Notes: generated by a model not told the origin, from the letters alone. Positions 1 to 8,659 are shown, counted from the first letter of the stretch. The stretch is 52,514 bases of DNA from a virus (IMGVR_UViG_3300028592_000015:1-52514); one strand, 5' to 3'. A program made the numbers and translations.

Positions 1-5
1 CGAGA

Positions 6-131
6 AAAATGAGGAGCGAACGATGCGAGCAGCCCTAGCCCTGACACTGGCATCGTTGATGTGCGGGCCGGTACTGGCTCAGAACTACATCAACGGTAAC
101 CAGCTCACCGAGTGGTGCCGCAATTCGTCAA
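6..131. repeat. Terminal direct repeat, left copy (circular overlap)
   Basis: 6-131 identical to 52389-52514 (126 bp); the preceding bases differ by one A (cgagaaaaat vs cgagaaaat). Confidence 0.95.
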
Positions 132-358
132 ATCTTGCGGGCGCCTATTCCCTGGCTATCCACGATGCATTCTCTGTTGCCGCCCGTCTGCAGGGAACGC
201 AGCAGAACGCCTTTCGGACGTGTGTCCCTGACGAAGTCACGCGCAGTCAGATCCGAGATGTGGTCTGTGCCTATTTGGAGGCGAACCCAGCCAACCGACA
301 TTGGGAGGCCCCTGTATTGGTTTTTAACGCGCTGGTCGACGGGTTTCCTTGCACCTAA
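23..358 (+). CDS. Secreted Rap1a/Tai-family T6SS amidase-immunity-like protein (moron)
   Basis: Signal peptide; GNQLxxxC...CVPxxVTxxQxxDVVxxYLxxNP...LVxxALxxxFPC pattern; GAGGAG RBS. Confidence 0.75.
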   Translation: MRAALALTLASLMCGPVLAQNYINGNQLTEWCRNSSNLAGAYSLAIHDAFSVAARLQGTQQNAFRTCVPDEVTRSQIRDVVCAYLEANPANRHWEAPVLVFNALVDGFPCT

Positions 359-780
359 CTCCCAAGGTCTAGATCATAAAGCACAGCGACACCCGCCGGA
401 GCCAATGTCCTCACGGCCATAATCTCTTCCCACGCATGGGTAGCATCATCGGCTTCATCCACGAACGTCAGGGCCTCGCCCAGAAGGATCGTGTCATCAT
501 CGGTCGGGGCGATATCCGCGGCGCCAGAGATCGTCACCGTGCGCTTGGTCATGCCGATCAGCGTGCCATTGATGTCCCGCAGATCCTTGTCGGACTGCAG
601 GGCAATGACGAGGGTGTAGGTGATGACAGGCGTCGCGGGTATCCATGGTGTATCTGGGTCGGGCGTACCAGGAACGACGCGCCGTATCGTGGCCGGATAG
701 CCGTTGGGCTGGGATACGTCGCCCACCTTGGCGATGGCCTTCTGCACCTTACCGGCGATCTTGTTCCAGTCTTTGCTCAT
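355..780 (-). CDS. Head-closure / head-tail joining protein
   Basis: Follows the adaptor; size and C-terminal 'LAPAGVAVLYDL' typical; start moved to MSKDW. Confidence 0.6.
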   Translation of the reverse strand: MSKDWNKIAGKVQKAIAKVGDVSQPNGYPATIRRVVPGTPDPDTPWIPATPVITYTLVIALQSDKDLRDINGTLIGMTKRTVTISGAADIAPTDDDTILLGEALTFVDEADDATHAWEEIMAVRTLAPAGVAVLYDLDLGS

Positions 781-1148
781 GACCCAAAATCCACCGCTAC
801 GACCTTGCCGTCCACCCATCCGAAACTATCGCGCTTCTGCTCGACTGGCAGAGTGCAGTCTTTGCGGTACACGAATGCATCAAAGTCGAAGTCGGCCCAT
901 TGATCTTCGGTCATTGGTGCAGCTCGCTTCATTACCAGAATGAAGCCGCCGGGCAGGCTAAACAACACCGGACAAAGGCCCCGCTCGGCCATCCACGAGC
1001 GTGAAAACTCGGCTTCCTGACAATTGGCGAGGAGGCCATTCAAGATGCTTACCCACAAGCGCGACTTGCCCCACGCGCCTGGTATTTTGATCGCCACGCC
1101 GCCAATCAACAGCACTGTTCTTGTGGCGCCTCGATTGTTTAGGCGCAT
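777..1148 (-). CDS. Small protein-kinase-like protein
   Basis: GATRTVL, VAIKIP, NCQE, LVMKRA, EQKRDSFG, VAVDFG in kinase subdomain order; coupled to both neighbours. Confidence 0.55.
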   Translation of the reverse strand: MRLNNRGATRTVLLIGGVAIKIPGAWGKSRLWVSILNGLLANCQEAEFSRSWMAERGLCPVLFSLPGGFILVMKRAAPMTEDQWADFDFDAFVYRKDCTLPVEQKRDSFGWVDGKVVAVDFGS

Positions 1149-1690
1149 CAGGCGCGCTCCGCCCTGCCGAACAGGGCCGGGCCGCGCGTGATCATCAGCA
1201 GCGAGCCTAGAACATCGTCCACCATCGATACGACGGGCCGCTGGTCGGCAACGCCGCCGGCACCGAAGTATTCTTCCTCGTACTGGCCAACCTTCAGGCG
1301 CTTGGTAATCTCGCCCGGCGTGATGTCCGGAGAGAGCGCACCAGGAGATGCCTTTTCCCGCACCGCGGCGATTACCGTGGCGCGCTTGATCTCGATCGGC
1401 ACTTCATCCTCGGAGATATACTGCGGGATGACGTTGGTGTCGTAGGCGCCCTGCCGAGGCCACTGAAGGGCCTGGGCGCGATACCGGCGCTTCCACCCCG
1501 GAAAGCGCGCGCCGTATGCCGCATCGATCCACAGCGTTGCACGTCGCAGCGCCGCTTCTGCCAAAGCCTCATCGTCCCCGCTGATGGCAAAGGTCTGGCC
1601 GAAAGAGGTGGCGATGGCCAAGGCGTCGTCCAGCGACACATAGCTGTCGGCATTTGCGAGGCCGGAGCCATCTTCCACCACGAGAGCCAT
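1148..1690 (-). CDS. Head-tail adaptor (DnaT-like family)
   Basis: MALVVEDGSGLANADSYVS...QALQWPR...VPxEIKxA motifs; downstream of capsid. Confidence 0.8.
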   Translation of the reverse strand: MALVVEDGSGLANADSYVSLDDALAIATSFGQTFAISGDDEALAEAALRRATLWIDAAYGARFPGWKRRYRAQALQWPRQGAYDTNVIPQYISEDEVPIEIKRATVIAAVREKASPGALSPDITPGEITKRLKVGQYEEEYFGAGGVADQRPVVSMVDDVLGSLLMITRGPALFGRAERA

Positions 1691-1692
1691 GA

Positions 1693-1947
1693 TCAATCCT
1701 CATCCGGGTTGTATCGCCGGTAATGCAAGTCAAATTCCGCAGCACTTAGCCCCGCGAGCAAAGTGGCATAGGCGGCCTGGCCGTAGTAGCCGTGCCAGAA
1801 CTGCGGACCATTTTCGTCCTTGATGGCCGCGACAATCAGAACATCGTTCATTTCGCCAGCCCGCGCCTTTTCAAGCGCCGTTTCTAGCAGCTCGATGACA
1901 GCTTCCTTATCGTCGTCTCGCGCTGCGAACTTGACGATCTCTGCCAT
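1693..1947 (-). CDS. Hypothetical protein
   Basis: 84 aa ORF packed in the late operon. Confidence 0.6.
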   Translation of the reverse strand: MAEIVKFAARDDDKEAVIELLETALEKARAGEMNDVLIVAAIKDENGPQFWHGYYGQAAYATLLAGLSAAEFDLHYRRYNPDED

Positions 1948-1949
1948 GA

Positions 1950-2300
1950 TCAGCCCTTAGCCGGCGGGTTGGCGCGATCGGCTTCCGCCGCTTCAATGAT
2001 CGACCGGGCTCGTTCCGTCATGGTCTTGTCGGCAGTGGCATCGAAGTCGCCATGCAGTTCCTTGGCAAGGGCGATGATCTTGGTGTGATGCATGTCCCGC
2101 CAGTCGGTAGGGATGGGCGTAGGCACGCCATCGGCACCTTCCGTGGTGTTGCCACCAGAATTGCCGTTATCGCCGCCAGCGGGCTCGGCTGCTGGTTTGT
2201 GCAGGGTGTGAACATCGGGGTCGAAGTCGGCTTCGTTGATACGCGTGAAGCCAGACTTGGCCTTGTCATTCACAATCTCGACGGTGGGCAGTTCCATCAT
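1950..2300 (-). CDS. Hypothetical capsid-associated protein
   Basis: Immediately after capsid; RINEADFDPxxH motif; AAAGGA RBS before MMELP. Confidence 0.6.
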   Translation of the reverse strand: MMELPTVEIVNDKAKSGFTRINEADFDPDVHTLHKPAAEPAGGDNGNSGGNTTEGADGVPTPIPTDWRDMHHTKIIALAKELHGDFDATADKTMTERARSIIEAAEADRANPPAKG

Positions 2301-2359
2301 GGTTCCTTTCTCGACTTGGTGACGGGGCCGCCGGAGCGGTCCCGCTGCTAAATCGAGGG

Positions 2360-3484
2360 TTAGCCGAGCAGAGTGGCGATGAACTCGCTGTTGACGGCCT
2401 TGAAGCCCCAAGCCAGGTGCAGTTCCCAGGTCCGCTGGCCGTACTGGCTGATGTCGAGCATCAGGTAGGTCATGCCGAACTGGTCGGAGATAAGCATCTG
2501 CTGGATGGTGGGGTTCTCAGGCATCAGCGGCGGGCGCATGACGCCGACAACGGCATTGCGCTCGAAGCACAGGTTCGGCGTGTAGTCGTTGCCGATGGTG
2601 ATGGCGTCGTTGTCGGCCTCAACGGCAAGCAGGCCGGGCCGGCCGATGGTGAACGAGCCGCCCGAAAGCGCGCTGTTCGCCACATACTTGTGCGACGTGC
2701 CGGCCACGGTCACGACGTCACCGCCGAGCAGCGTGCCGGAACCAGTGTCAACGTTGATCGTGGTGTCACCAATCGCGCCAGCAGCCGAAAGCTGGTAGCT
2801 CGTGCCGGTGCCCTTGGTGTGCACGCCGATTTGGCCGGAAGTGCGCATCTGGAAGCCGTACTGGCGACGCAGAACGCCGTCGCGGCGTTCCTGGTCGGAA
2901 CCAGCAATGGACGCATCGAGCACGACGCCGAGCTTGAGCAGGTTGGCTTCCGAGGTGGAGTCGCCAACAAACTGCAGGTCGGACATCGGTGCGCCGTTGT
3001 CGCGCAGAATCTTGCGGGCATCCGCAAGCGGCGTCAGAGCAGTGGCAAAGGGATTGGTGCCAGCCGTACCCGCCGCACGAGACGCGCCGGTCTTGATGGC
3101 AGTGATACAGTCCGCTTCGGCTTCGTTACGCAGCGTGCGCATGCCCTGCTTCAGGAGCTGGCTGATCCATTCCGCCGAGGTCGCGCCATTGTCGAGCGAA
3201 CGGATCTGCTCGCCGGTCAGATGCCAGTCAACCTTGCGGCTCTTGGTGATCTGGACCTGGATGGCCTGGGCCGTGGCATCGGTGCCGGTCGAAGTGGTAG
3301 CGGCCGGGGTGAAGTCGGACGCCGAACGGGTCGGAGCGACCGTGACAGTCACGTTGTCGCCCTTGGCAACGCCCTTGTCGTCAAAGTTGGCATTGATGGC
3401 GTCGATGGCGCCAAACGGTTCAGCCGCGACTTCCTTGGCCGCGGAGAACAGGGTCGGCGCGAGCGCCGTCAGAGTGTTGGCCAA
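2360..3484 (-). CDS. Major capsid protein (P22 coat-like)
   Basis: 374 aa, MANTLT start (TTG with AGGAGG RBS), follows scaffold, C-terminal 'ELHLAWGFKAV'. Confidence 0.9.
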   Translation of the reverse strand: MANTLTALAPTLFSAAKEVAAEPFGAIDAINANFDDKGVAKGDNVTVTVAPTRSASDFTPAATTSTGTDATAQAIQVQITKSRKVDWHLTGEQIRSLDNGATSAEWISQLLKQGMRTLRNEAEADCITAIKTGASRAAGTAGTNPFATALTPLADARKILRDNGAPMSDLQFVGDSTSEANLLKLGVVLDASIAGSDQERRDGVLRRQYGFQMRTSGQIGVHTKGTGTSYQLSAAGAIGDTTINVDTGSGTLLGGDVVTVAGTSHKYVANSALSGGSFTIGRPGLLAVEADNDAITIGNDYTPNLCFERNAVVGVMRPPLMPENPTIQQMLISDQFGMTYLMLDISQYGQRTWELHLAWGFKAVNSEFIATLLG

Positions 3485-3486
3485 AG

Positions 3487-3554
3487 TGGCCTCCTATGAT
3501 GGTGTGGAGTTTGGGAAGGAGGCCATTCGGCCCGGTGCCGCCGCCCCTTCGGGC
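3487..3554 (-). promoter_or_regulatory. Capsid leader with GAAK-loop hairpins and SD/anti-SD helix
   Basis: mRNA GCCC-GAAG-GGGC (3543-3554), GGCC-GAAU-GGCC (3521-3532); UGGCCUCCU (3517-3525) complementary to AGGAGGCCA (3487-3495). Confidence 0.6.
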
Positions 3555-3571
3555 TGACACAGCGAGCAGTC

Positions 3572-4339
3572 TTAGGCGTCAGCGAGCTTGCCGCCGCCAT
3601 TCATGAATGCAGCCCGGTCTTTGGCCGGCATTGCATTGAATTCGTCCTGGGTCTTAACCTTGGCGCTACCGCCTCCGCCCCCGCCGCCCGGCTGGGCGCC
3701 AGAGCCGCCGCCGACACCCTTCAGGATGTGGTCTTTGTGCGGGTAGGAGTCGACAAACGTCTCAACCACTTCGTCAAAGCTCGCCAGTTCGCCTGGACGG
3801 GCCTTGGAGTAAATTTTCTGGCCGTTCTGGTCGTAGCCCACCACGGCACCATCTTCGACCTTCATGCGGTCGGCAAACATGGTGCGCAGCAGGTCGACGC
3901 CGGCCGGGGTCAGCTTTTCGGTCGCAAACTTGGACTGGCTGAAGCCATTGCCGATCAGCGACTTATTCAGCGCGCCGCCGAGGTCGGAATTGGTCTTTTC
4001 GAGCGACTGTACCTTTTCCGCATAAGGCTTGATGGCGGCCGCAATGGCTGCATCCATATCGCCGGCCTCGACCAGCTTCCTGGCGTCGATCTGGGACAGC
4101 TTTTCGATGGCAGTACGGGCTTCGGTAGCGTCGAGCCCTTCAAAGGCTTTGGCGGCTTCCTCTGCCTTCTGCGCGCGGGCTTTATAGCTCTTGGATTCAT
4201 CGGTCAGGCGGGAAATGGTCGAGGCTGTGCCGGGGGCATCAAAAGCCACCGTCTTGCCGTCGTCGGTTTCGTAGACTGGCTTGTCGCCATCCACCTCAGC
4301 GTAAGTTTTGCCTTCGATCGTCACCGTCTTGAGCTTCAT
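3572..4339 (-). CDS. Capsid scaffolding protein (DUF6651-like)
   Basis: MKLK...DGDKPVY start, coiled coil, 'IYSKARPGELASFDE', Gly-rich C-terminus; between portal and capsid. Confidence 0.85.
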   Translation of the reverse strand: MKLKTVTIEGKTYAEVDGDKPVYETDDGKTVAFDAPGTASTISRLTDESKSYKARAQKAEEAAKAFEGLDATEARTAIEKLSQIDARKLVEAGDMDAAIAAAIKPYAEKVQSLEKTNSDLGGALNKSLIGNGFSQSKFATEKLTPAGVDLLRTMFADRMKVEDGAVVGYDQNGQKIYSKARPGELASFDEVVETFVDSYPHKDHILKGVGGGSGAQPGGGGGGGSAKVKTQDEFNAMPAKDRAAFMNGGGKLADA

Positions 4340-4352
4340 CTGTCGTCTTTCT

Positions 4353-4403
4353 GGGCCTTCGCCCTGTGGTGAGGCATTCGCCTCTGTCGCCCATGGCATT
4401 CGC
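4353..4403 (-). promoter_or_regulatory. Scaffold leader with three C-GAAK-G hairpins
   Basis: mRNA GC-GAAU-GC (4396-4403), GAGGC-GAAU-GCCUC (4371-4384), GGGC-GAAG-GCCC (4353-4364). Confidence 0.55.
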
Positions 4404-4414
4404 TTCAGGGCATG

Positions 4415-4439
4415 AAAAAGCCCGGCACAATGGCCGGGC
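4415..4439 (-). terminator. Intrinsic terminator after portal gene
   Basis: GCCCGGC-cattgt-GCCGGGC followed by TTTTT on the minus strand. Confidence 0.75.
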
Positions 4440-4465
4440 CTGAAATCATCATCAGTGTCTGTCGC

Positions 4466-6025
4466 CTACGCGACCGGCGGGGGCGGCGCCCCAAGGGCGG
4501 CCATTTCATCTTGGGTCACATCACCCGCCGGTATTTCGGCAAGTATCTTCTCAAGGTCTGCCGCCGCGTCGTATTCGGGGCCGAGAAGGTCGCGGCGCTT
4601 GGCCTCTGCTATCAACGCATCGCGGCTGATCTCTTCCATCTCTCGCAGCTTCAGCAGGAAGTCAGGCGCCTTGTCCGACTCCATGTCGATGGCGAAGTCG
4701 GTGTGAATGGCGATGGTTGGCTCTTCCGTCCGACCCATCCAGACCGCGGTATACTTCCACGCCAGCTCCAGAGCGTCCTTGAGTCCCAGAGCCCATGCCT
4801 GAACGGCAGAAATGCCCTTGGAGGCAGCAAAGGCCGTGGTGACCACCGTCAGGTTGCCCATCTGCGCTGTCAGGGGCTGGCGACCAAGCTCGCGCATCTG
4901 CTTTTCGCTGCGACCGATCTCGTCGGCCAGGAATGTCAGCGACGAGCCGTTGATCTCGATGAACGACCATTTGCCGGGCGTACCGTTCTGATCGGGCGGG
5001 CCATAGAGCACAGTCTTAGGACCGACCGGCACCTTCACCGGCTCTTCCACGGACTGCATGACGCCATCGATCGACACATTGCGCGTCGTCATCGGTGGAT
5101 TGACGCCCTCGGCCGTCAGCATCGGCGCCGCGGTCAGGTTCTTGGTGTATTCGAGGTTCGTCTCGTTCTGGTAGTGCTTCTTCTGCAGATGCACGACATC
5201 CCGCATCGGCGGCAGGATTTCCCACGATGTTCCGGTTCGCTTGCCAGTCAGGACGGGCACGAGAGGAATGAAGGGGATCGGCAGAACGCCGCTCTCTTCA
5301 GGAATAAGAACCCACTCCTCTTCCTGCTGGCCTTCCTTCTTGCGCTCTTCCCAGACCTCATAGGTCGGTGCTGCCCATGTCACGGAACCATCGGCGCCGG
5401 CAACGCGCTCGCGATTGAACACGCGAACCCGATCGATTTCCTTCTCACCGAACTGCCCGTCGCGCTCGTAGCGCTCTTCCTCGAACCGGACGTGCACGAA
5501 CTGCTCACGCCCGTCGATCATGGCGGTATAGGCCGCGATCATGCAGGAGGCCGGGATGCGCAACCAGTAGGGCCTTGCCCCGGCTGCACGCTCTTCCGCC
5601 AGTGTCGCCCCTGCCCGCACCCGCGTCTTATCGACCAGGATAAAGTCGAGGCCATTCGGGATAGACCAGAACAGGACGTCGGCGGCAAAGACGTGCATGT
5701 GATTGCCGCGCCCGTCGATGTCCTCTGCCAGCTTAACCATCTCCTCCGGCACCTTTTTGGCGTCGGCAAAGTTCAGTTCCTTGGCGAAGGGCTTGGCGGC
5801 CAGATCCTCGCAGATGTCGCGCAGAATATTGGTGAACTTGGCGTTGTTCAGCCGATCCTTGTAGTCGTCGTCGCCCTCGTTGGCGAACTTGGGCAGGTAC
5901 TTCCTGCCTTTGGAGATGACGGTATCGGCGCCATGGAGGAAGTCGTCGACCATCTCCCAATAGTCGTGCATGGCCTCGAAATCGTGGGCGCGATCATCGG
6001 GGCTTGGCTGCTTTTCGGTCATCAT
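4466..6025 (-). CDS. Portal protein (DUF4055-like)
   Basis: 519 aa directly after terL; 'KYLPKF..E...Y..RL..A' N-terminal motif. Confidence 0.85.
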   Translation of the reverse strand: MMTEKQPSPDDRAHDFEAMHDYWEMVDDFLHGADTVISKGRKYLPKFANEGDDDYKDRLNNAKFTNILRDICEDLAAKPFAKELNFADAKKVPEEMVKLAEDIDGRGNHMHVFAADVLFWSIPNGLDFILVDKTRVRAGATLAEERAAGARPYWLRIPASCMIAAYTAMIDGREQFVHVRFEEERYERDGQFGEKEIDRVRVFNRERVAGADGSVTWAAPTYEVWEERKKEGQQEEEWVLIPEESGVLPIPFIPLVPVLTGKRTGTSWEILPPMRDVVHLQKKHYQNETNLEYTKNLTAAPMLTAEGVNPPMTTRNVSIDGVMQSVEEPVKVPVGPKTVLYGPPDQNGTPGKWSFIEINGSSLTFLADEIGRSEKQMRELGRQPLTAQMGNLTVVTTAFAASKGISAVQAWALGLKDALELAWKYTAVWMGRTEEPTIAIHTDFAIDMESDKAPDFLLKLREMEEISRDALIAEAKRRDLLGPEYDAAADLEKILAEIPAGDVTQDEMAALGAPPPPVA

Positions 6026-7560
6026 CCAGTTCCATATGTGCCGAAGATGGCAGTCGAACCCTTGGCGCCGGTCACCAGTCGCCCAAAGGCGCCTGACGTG
6101 GCGTCAACCTGATCCTTGAACGAACCGCCCGGAAACAGGCATAGTTCGTCAAGGTAAGATTCATTCCATTCGCCCTCGACCAGGTAGACGTTGCCCGCCT
6201 CGCACTGGACCGAGAATGGTTCGGCGCGTGTTACCTTATCGCCGGTCTCAGGCTCCGCTCGGGCAATGAATCCCGCGAGCATGGCGACCATATCCTTGGC
6301 CTGCACCTTTCCGGCCTGGCCCGGGTCTTGCGGCAAACTGATCTGGACCGACTTGCCATCGAGCTCTGCAGTGGCCTTGATTAGCTTGCGGACCTCGTTA
6401 CCCTCTTCTTGGGCAATGACAGAGGATGCGACCCAGTATGAGCCATCAGGAGCCCTGCCGAGCTTCACGCCTGCCGTTCTGGCGGCTGTTGTGCTCTTGG
6501 TCGATGCCAAGTCCCAATGGCGCACCCAAACCGTTCCTGGAGGCGCTACGCGGCGAATCTTGCCTTCGAACCAGTGGCGCTTGAATAAGCCGCCTTCGCG
6601 AGGTGTTGGACGCTGCTGGTACTGGCCGGCATAACCGTATTCGCCCTTGACCTTCTTCAGCGCCTCGACCGCCTCTCGGCTGAAGCGCTCCGGCAAGAGC
6701 AATTCGCCCTGATGCGAACGGGGATCGCTGAAGCCGATGATGGTCTTTTTGTTCGTCGGCCCCTCGAACTCCATCGGGAGGCACAGATGCGCATATGGCA
6801 GGCCCAGCTTCAGGATCGTGCCGGCGACATCATCGCTGTGTAGGCGCTGCATGATGACCACGATGGCCGATCGGTCGAGATCGTTCAGGCGGTCAGATAT
6901 CGATTCCCGGAAGATGCGCACCGCGTTGCGGCGCTCCACCTCGCTCTCTGCCGTTTCCGTTGAGTGCGGATCGTCGATGATCACCCGATCACCACGGCCA
7001 CCGGTCATGGATGCGAAGGGCCTGCCCTCACGTCCACCCGATGCCGTGTTTTCGAACTTGCCCTTGGCGTTCTGGTCCGCAGACATGCGCACCGTAGGCC
7101 AGAGCGATTGATACCACTCGCTCTCGACCAGGCGGCGCATCTTCGTGTTGTCGCGCATCACGTTGTCCTGCGAATAGGACGATGTGAGATAGCGCATATG
7201 CGGCAGATCGGCCGGGCCCCATTCATAGGCTGGCCAGAATACCGAGTGCAGCAGGGACTTCATCAGACCCGGCGGGCAGTTGGTCAGCAGGCGGGTGATT
7301 TCCCCGCGCGTAACCGCCTCCAGATGGTCAGCCATGGCCTGTAGCGGCCATCCCCATACCAGCTTGGCCTTGGGCTCCAGAATGGGCCAGGCATGGCGCA
7401 CGAACCCGGCAAGGGTCTGGCACTCCGCCCTGATGCGTTCGGCGTTCTTTGCTACGTCGGCGCGTTCCCGCTCAGTGCGTCGTCTCGCCTTCTCCGCCCT
7501 GATCTCCGCCAATGTCGGCAAGCGGACCGAGGATCGATTCAAGGTGATCGAGCTGTTCAT
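6022..7560 (-). CDS. terL: Terminase large subunit
   Basis: PPGLMKS Walker A-like, IIDDPH Walker B, VIMQRLH, WDLA and DQVDA nuclease motifs. Confidence 0.95.
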   Translation of the reverse strand: MNSSITLNRSSVRLPTLAEIRAEKARRRTERERADVAKNAERIRAECQTLAGFVRHAWPILEPKAKLVWGWPLQAMADHLEAVTRGEITRLLTNCPPGLMKSLLHSVFWPAYEWGPADLPHMRYLTSSYSQDNVMRDNTKMRRLVESEWYQSLWPTVRMSADQNAKGKFENTASGGREGRPFASMTGGRGDRVIIDDPHSTETAESEVERRNAVRIFRESISDRLNDLDRSAIVVIMQRLHSDDVAGTILKLGLPYAHLCLPMEFEGPTNKKTIIGFSDPRSHQGELLLPERFSREAVEALKKVKGEYGYAGQYQQRPTPREGGLFKRHWFEGKIRRVAPPGTVWVRHWDLASTKSTTAARTAGVKLGRAPDGSYWVASSVIAQEEGNEVRKLIKATAELDGKSVQISLPQDPGQAGKVQAKDMVAMLAGFIARAEPETGDKVTRAEPFSVQCEAGNVYLVEGEWNESYLDELCLFPGGSFKDQVDATSGAFGRLVTGAKGSTAIFGTYGTG

Positions 7561-7936
7561 CCGTTACCTTGGAAAGGTCATAGGTTCCGATGGAGCCGGA
7601 GTGCTTGTGCTTGTCCACGACCAGCCCATTAAGCTTGGCCGCGTCCATGAGTGACGCCCTGGCTACCGAAAGCATCGGGGCATCGTTCGATTCTTCCGCC
7701 TTGGTGGCGATGTTCAGAAGGCGTTCAGTGATCGACGCCGCCGTGATAACCGTGCGCTCTGCGACTTTCGCCTGCAGTTCAGCGACACGCTTCAGCACGC
7801 TTTCATTTGCTTTCAATCGCGTAGCATTGCCCCGGTTCGGCTTGAAGCCGGCCAGTGCATAGGCATCATCGGCTGTCTTGCCCTTGGCGAGCGCCTGGGC
7901 GAAGCTCTCGTGTCTTGGATTAGGGAGAACGGGCAT
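7472..7936 (-). CDS. terS: Terminase small subunit
   Basis: MPVLPNPRHESFAQ...AYALAGF HTH-type start; upstream of and overlapping terL. Confidence 0.88.
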   Translation of the reverse strand: MPVLPNPRHESFAQALAKGKTADDAYALAGFKPNRGNATRLKANESVLKRVAELQAKVAERTVITAASITERLLNIATKAEESNDAPMLSVARASLMDAAKLNGLVVDKHKHSGSIGTYDLSKVTDEQLDHLESILGPLADIGGDQGGEGETTH

Positions 7937-8168
7937 GGCTGAATACTACGTTACCTTTGGAGACGGGGATGTCTCTTCTGCCCCTGATCAGGTGGCTGTG
8001 CCTGTTGGCAGAACCATAGACGCCGCAGGCGATGCGGGGGCTGTGACTATCGCCAGGCAGCTGGTCGAAGATGGCAAACACGGCTCCAATACTTGGGTTG
8101 CGCTATACGACGCCGAGGGGCGCAGGTATTGGGCCCTACCCACATCGCAAATAGCCACAAAGGCTTAA
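7935..8168 (+). CDS. Hypothetical protein (antisense moron)
   Basis: GGGAG RBS; ATG overlaps the terS start codon in a CATG; 77 aa. Confidence 0.5.
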   Translation: MAEYYVTFGDGDVSSAPDQVAVPVGRTIDAAGDAGAVTIARQLVEDGKHGSNTWVALYDAEGRRYWALPTSQIATKA

Positions 8169-8184
8169 AACCGGTTGCAGCGCC

Positions 8185-8424
8185 TCACGCCGCCTTCATC
8201 TCGCGCAGGATGCGCCGCACATCGCACAGCTTCATCTTGACCGCGTTGCCTTCGTCCCGAGGACTGACAGAGACCGGCGTCTTGCGCACATGGCCCCAGC
8301 CCTCGATGACCAGTTTCGGATGGCCGCCCGTTCCCGTCTCCATACGACAGTGGGCGCCGGCTTCTTCCACGATGACCTTGGCCTGACGGAACACGGTTTT
8401 GCCGTAGCCGCTGACTGCGCCCAT
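8185..8424 (-). CDS. HicA-like small protein
   Basis: GGHPKLVI...SPRD..AV...DVRR resembles the HicA fold; 79 aa, basic. Confidence 0.45.
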   Translation of the reverse strand: MGAVSGYGKTVFRQAKVIVEEAGAHCRMETGTGGHPKLVIEGWGHVRKTPVSVSPRDEGNAVKMKLCDVRRILREMKAA

Positions 8425-8581
8425 GGGTCATGCTCTCCGATGAAAGGGCACGAGCGGGCGAAGCATGTTCTAATGCTCTTGGCTTTGAATGGGTGTCATT
8501 CGCCGCGCTCGATGATGTCGCCCAGCACCCCTATATGAATACCCCGCGAGGCTCGCAGGCCTTCGGCAATGCCAGGCAATT

Positions 8582-8659
8582 TGGTTGCGGAGGAGGGATT
8601 TGAACCCTCGACCTCTGGCTTATGAGACCAGCGAGCTACCGGACTGCTCCACCCACGCA
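8582..8659 (-). tRNA. tRNA-Met(CAT), initiator-like scaffold, atypical
   Basis: TGCGTGGGTGGAGCAGTCCGGTAGCTCGCTGGTCTCATAAGCCAGAGGTCGAGGGTTCAAATCCCTCCTCCGCAACCA: D arm, CTCATAA loop, GGTTCAAATC, encoded CCA. Confidence 0.9.

Noticed and set aside
1-131. Terminal repeat as a biological DTR or a gene duplication
   Set aside because: It cuts through a gene mid-operon, far from terS, and has a 1-nt homopolymer discrepancy; an assembly overlap of a circular molecule is more likely
2308-2357. Long hairpin after the capsid stop as a novel RNA
   Set aside because: Adequately explained as an mRNA-stabilising or attenuating stem after a highly expressed gene
4412-6112. Long + strand ORFs (566 aa here; also 2417-3499, 17908-19344, 20653-21888)
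   Set aside because: Antisense shadows of real genes in GC-rich DNA, with no motifs
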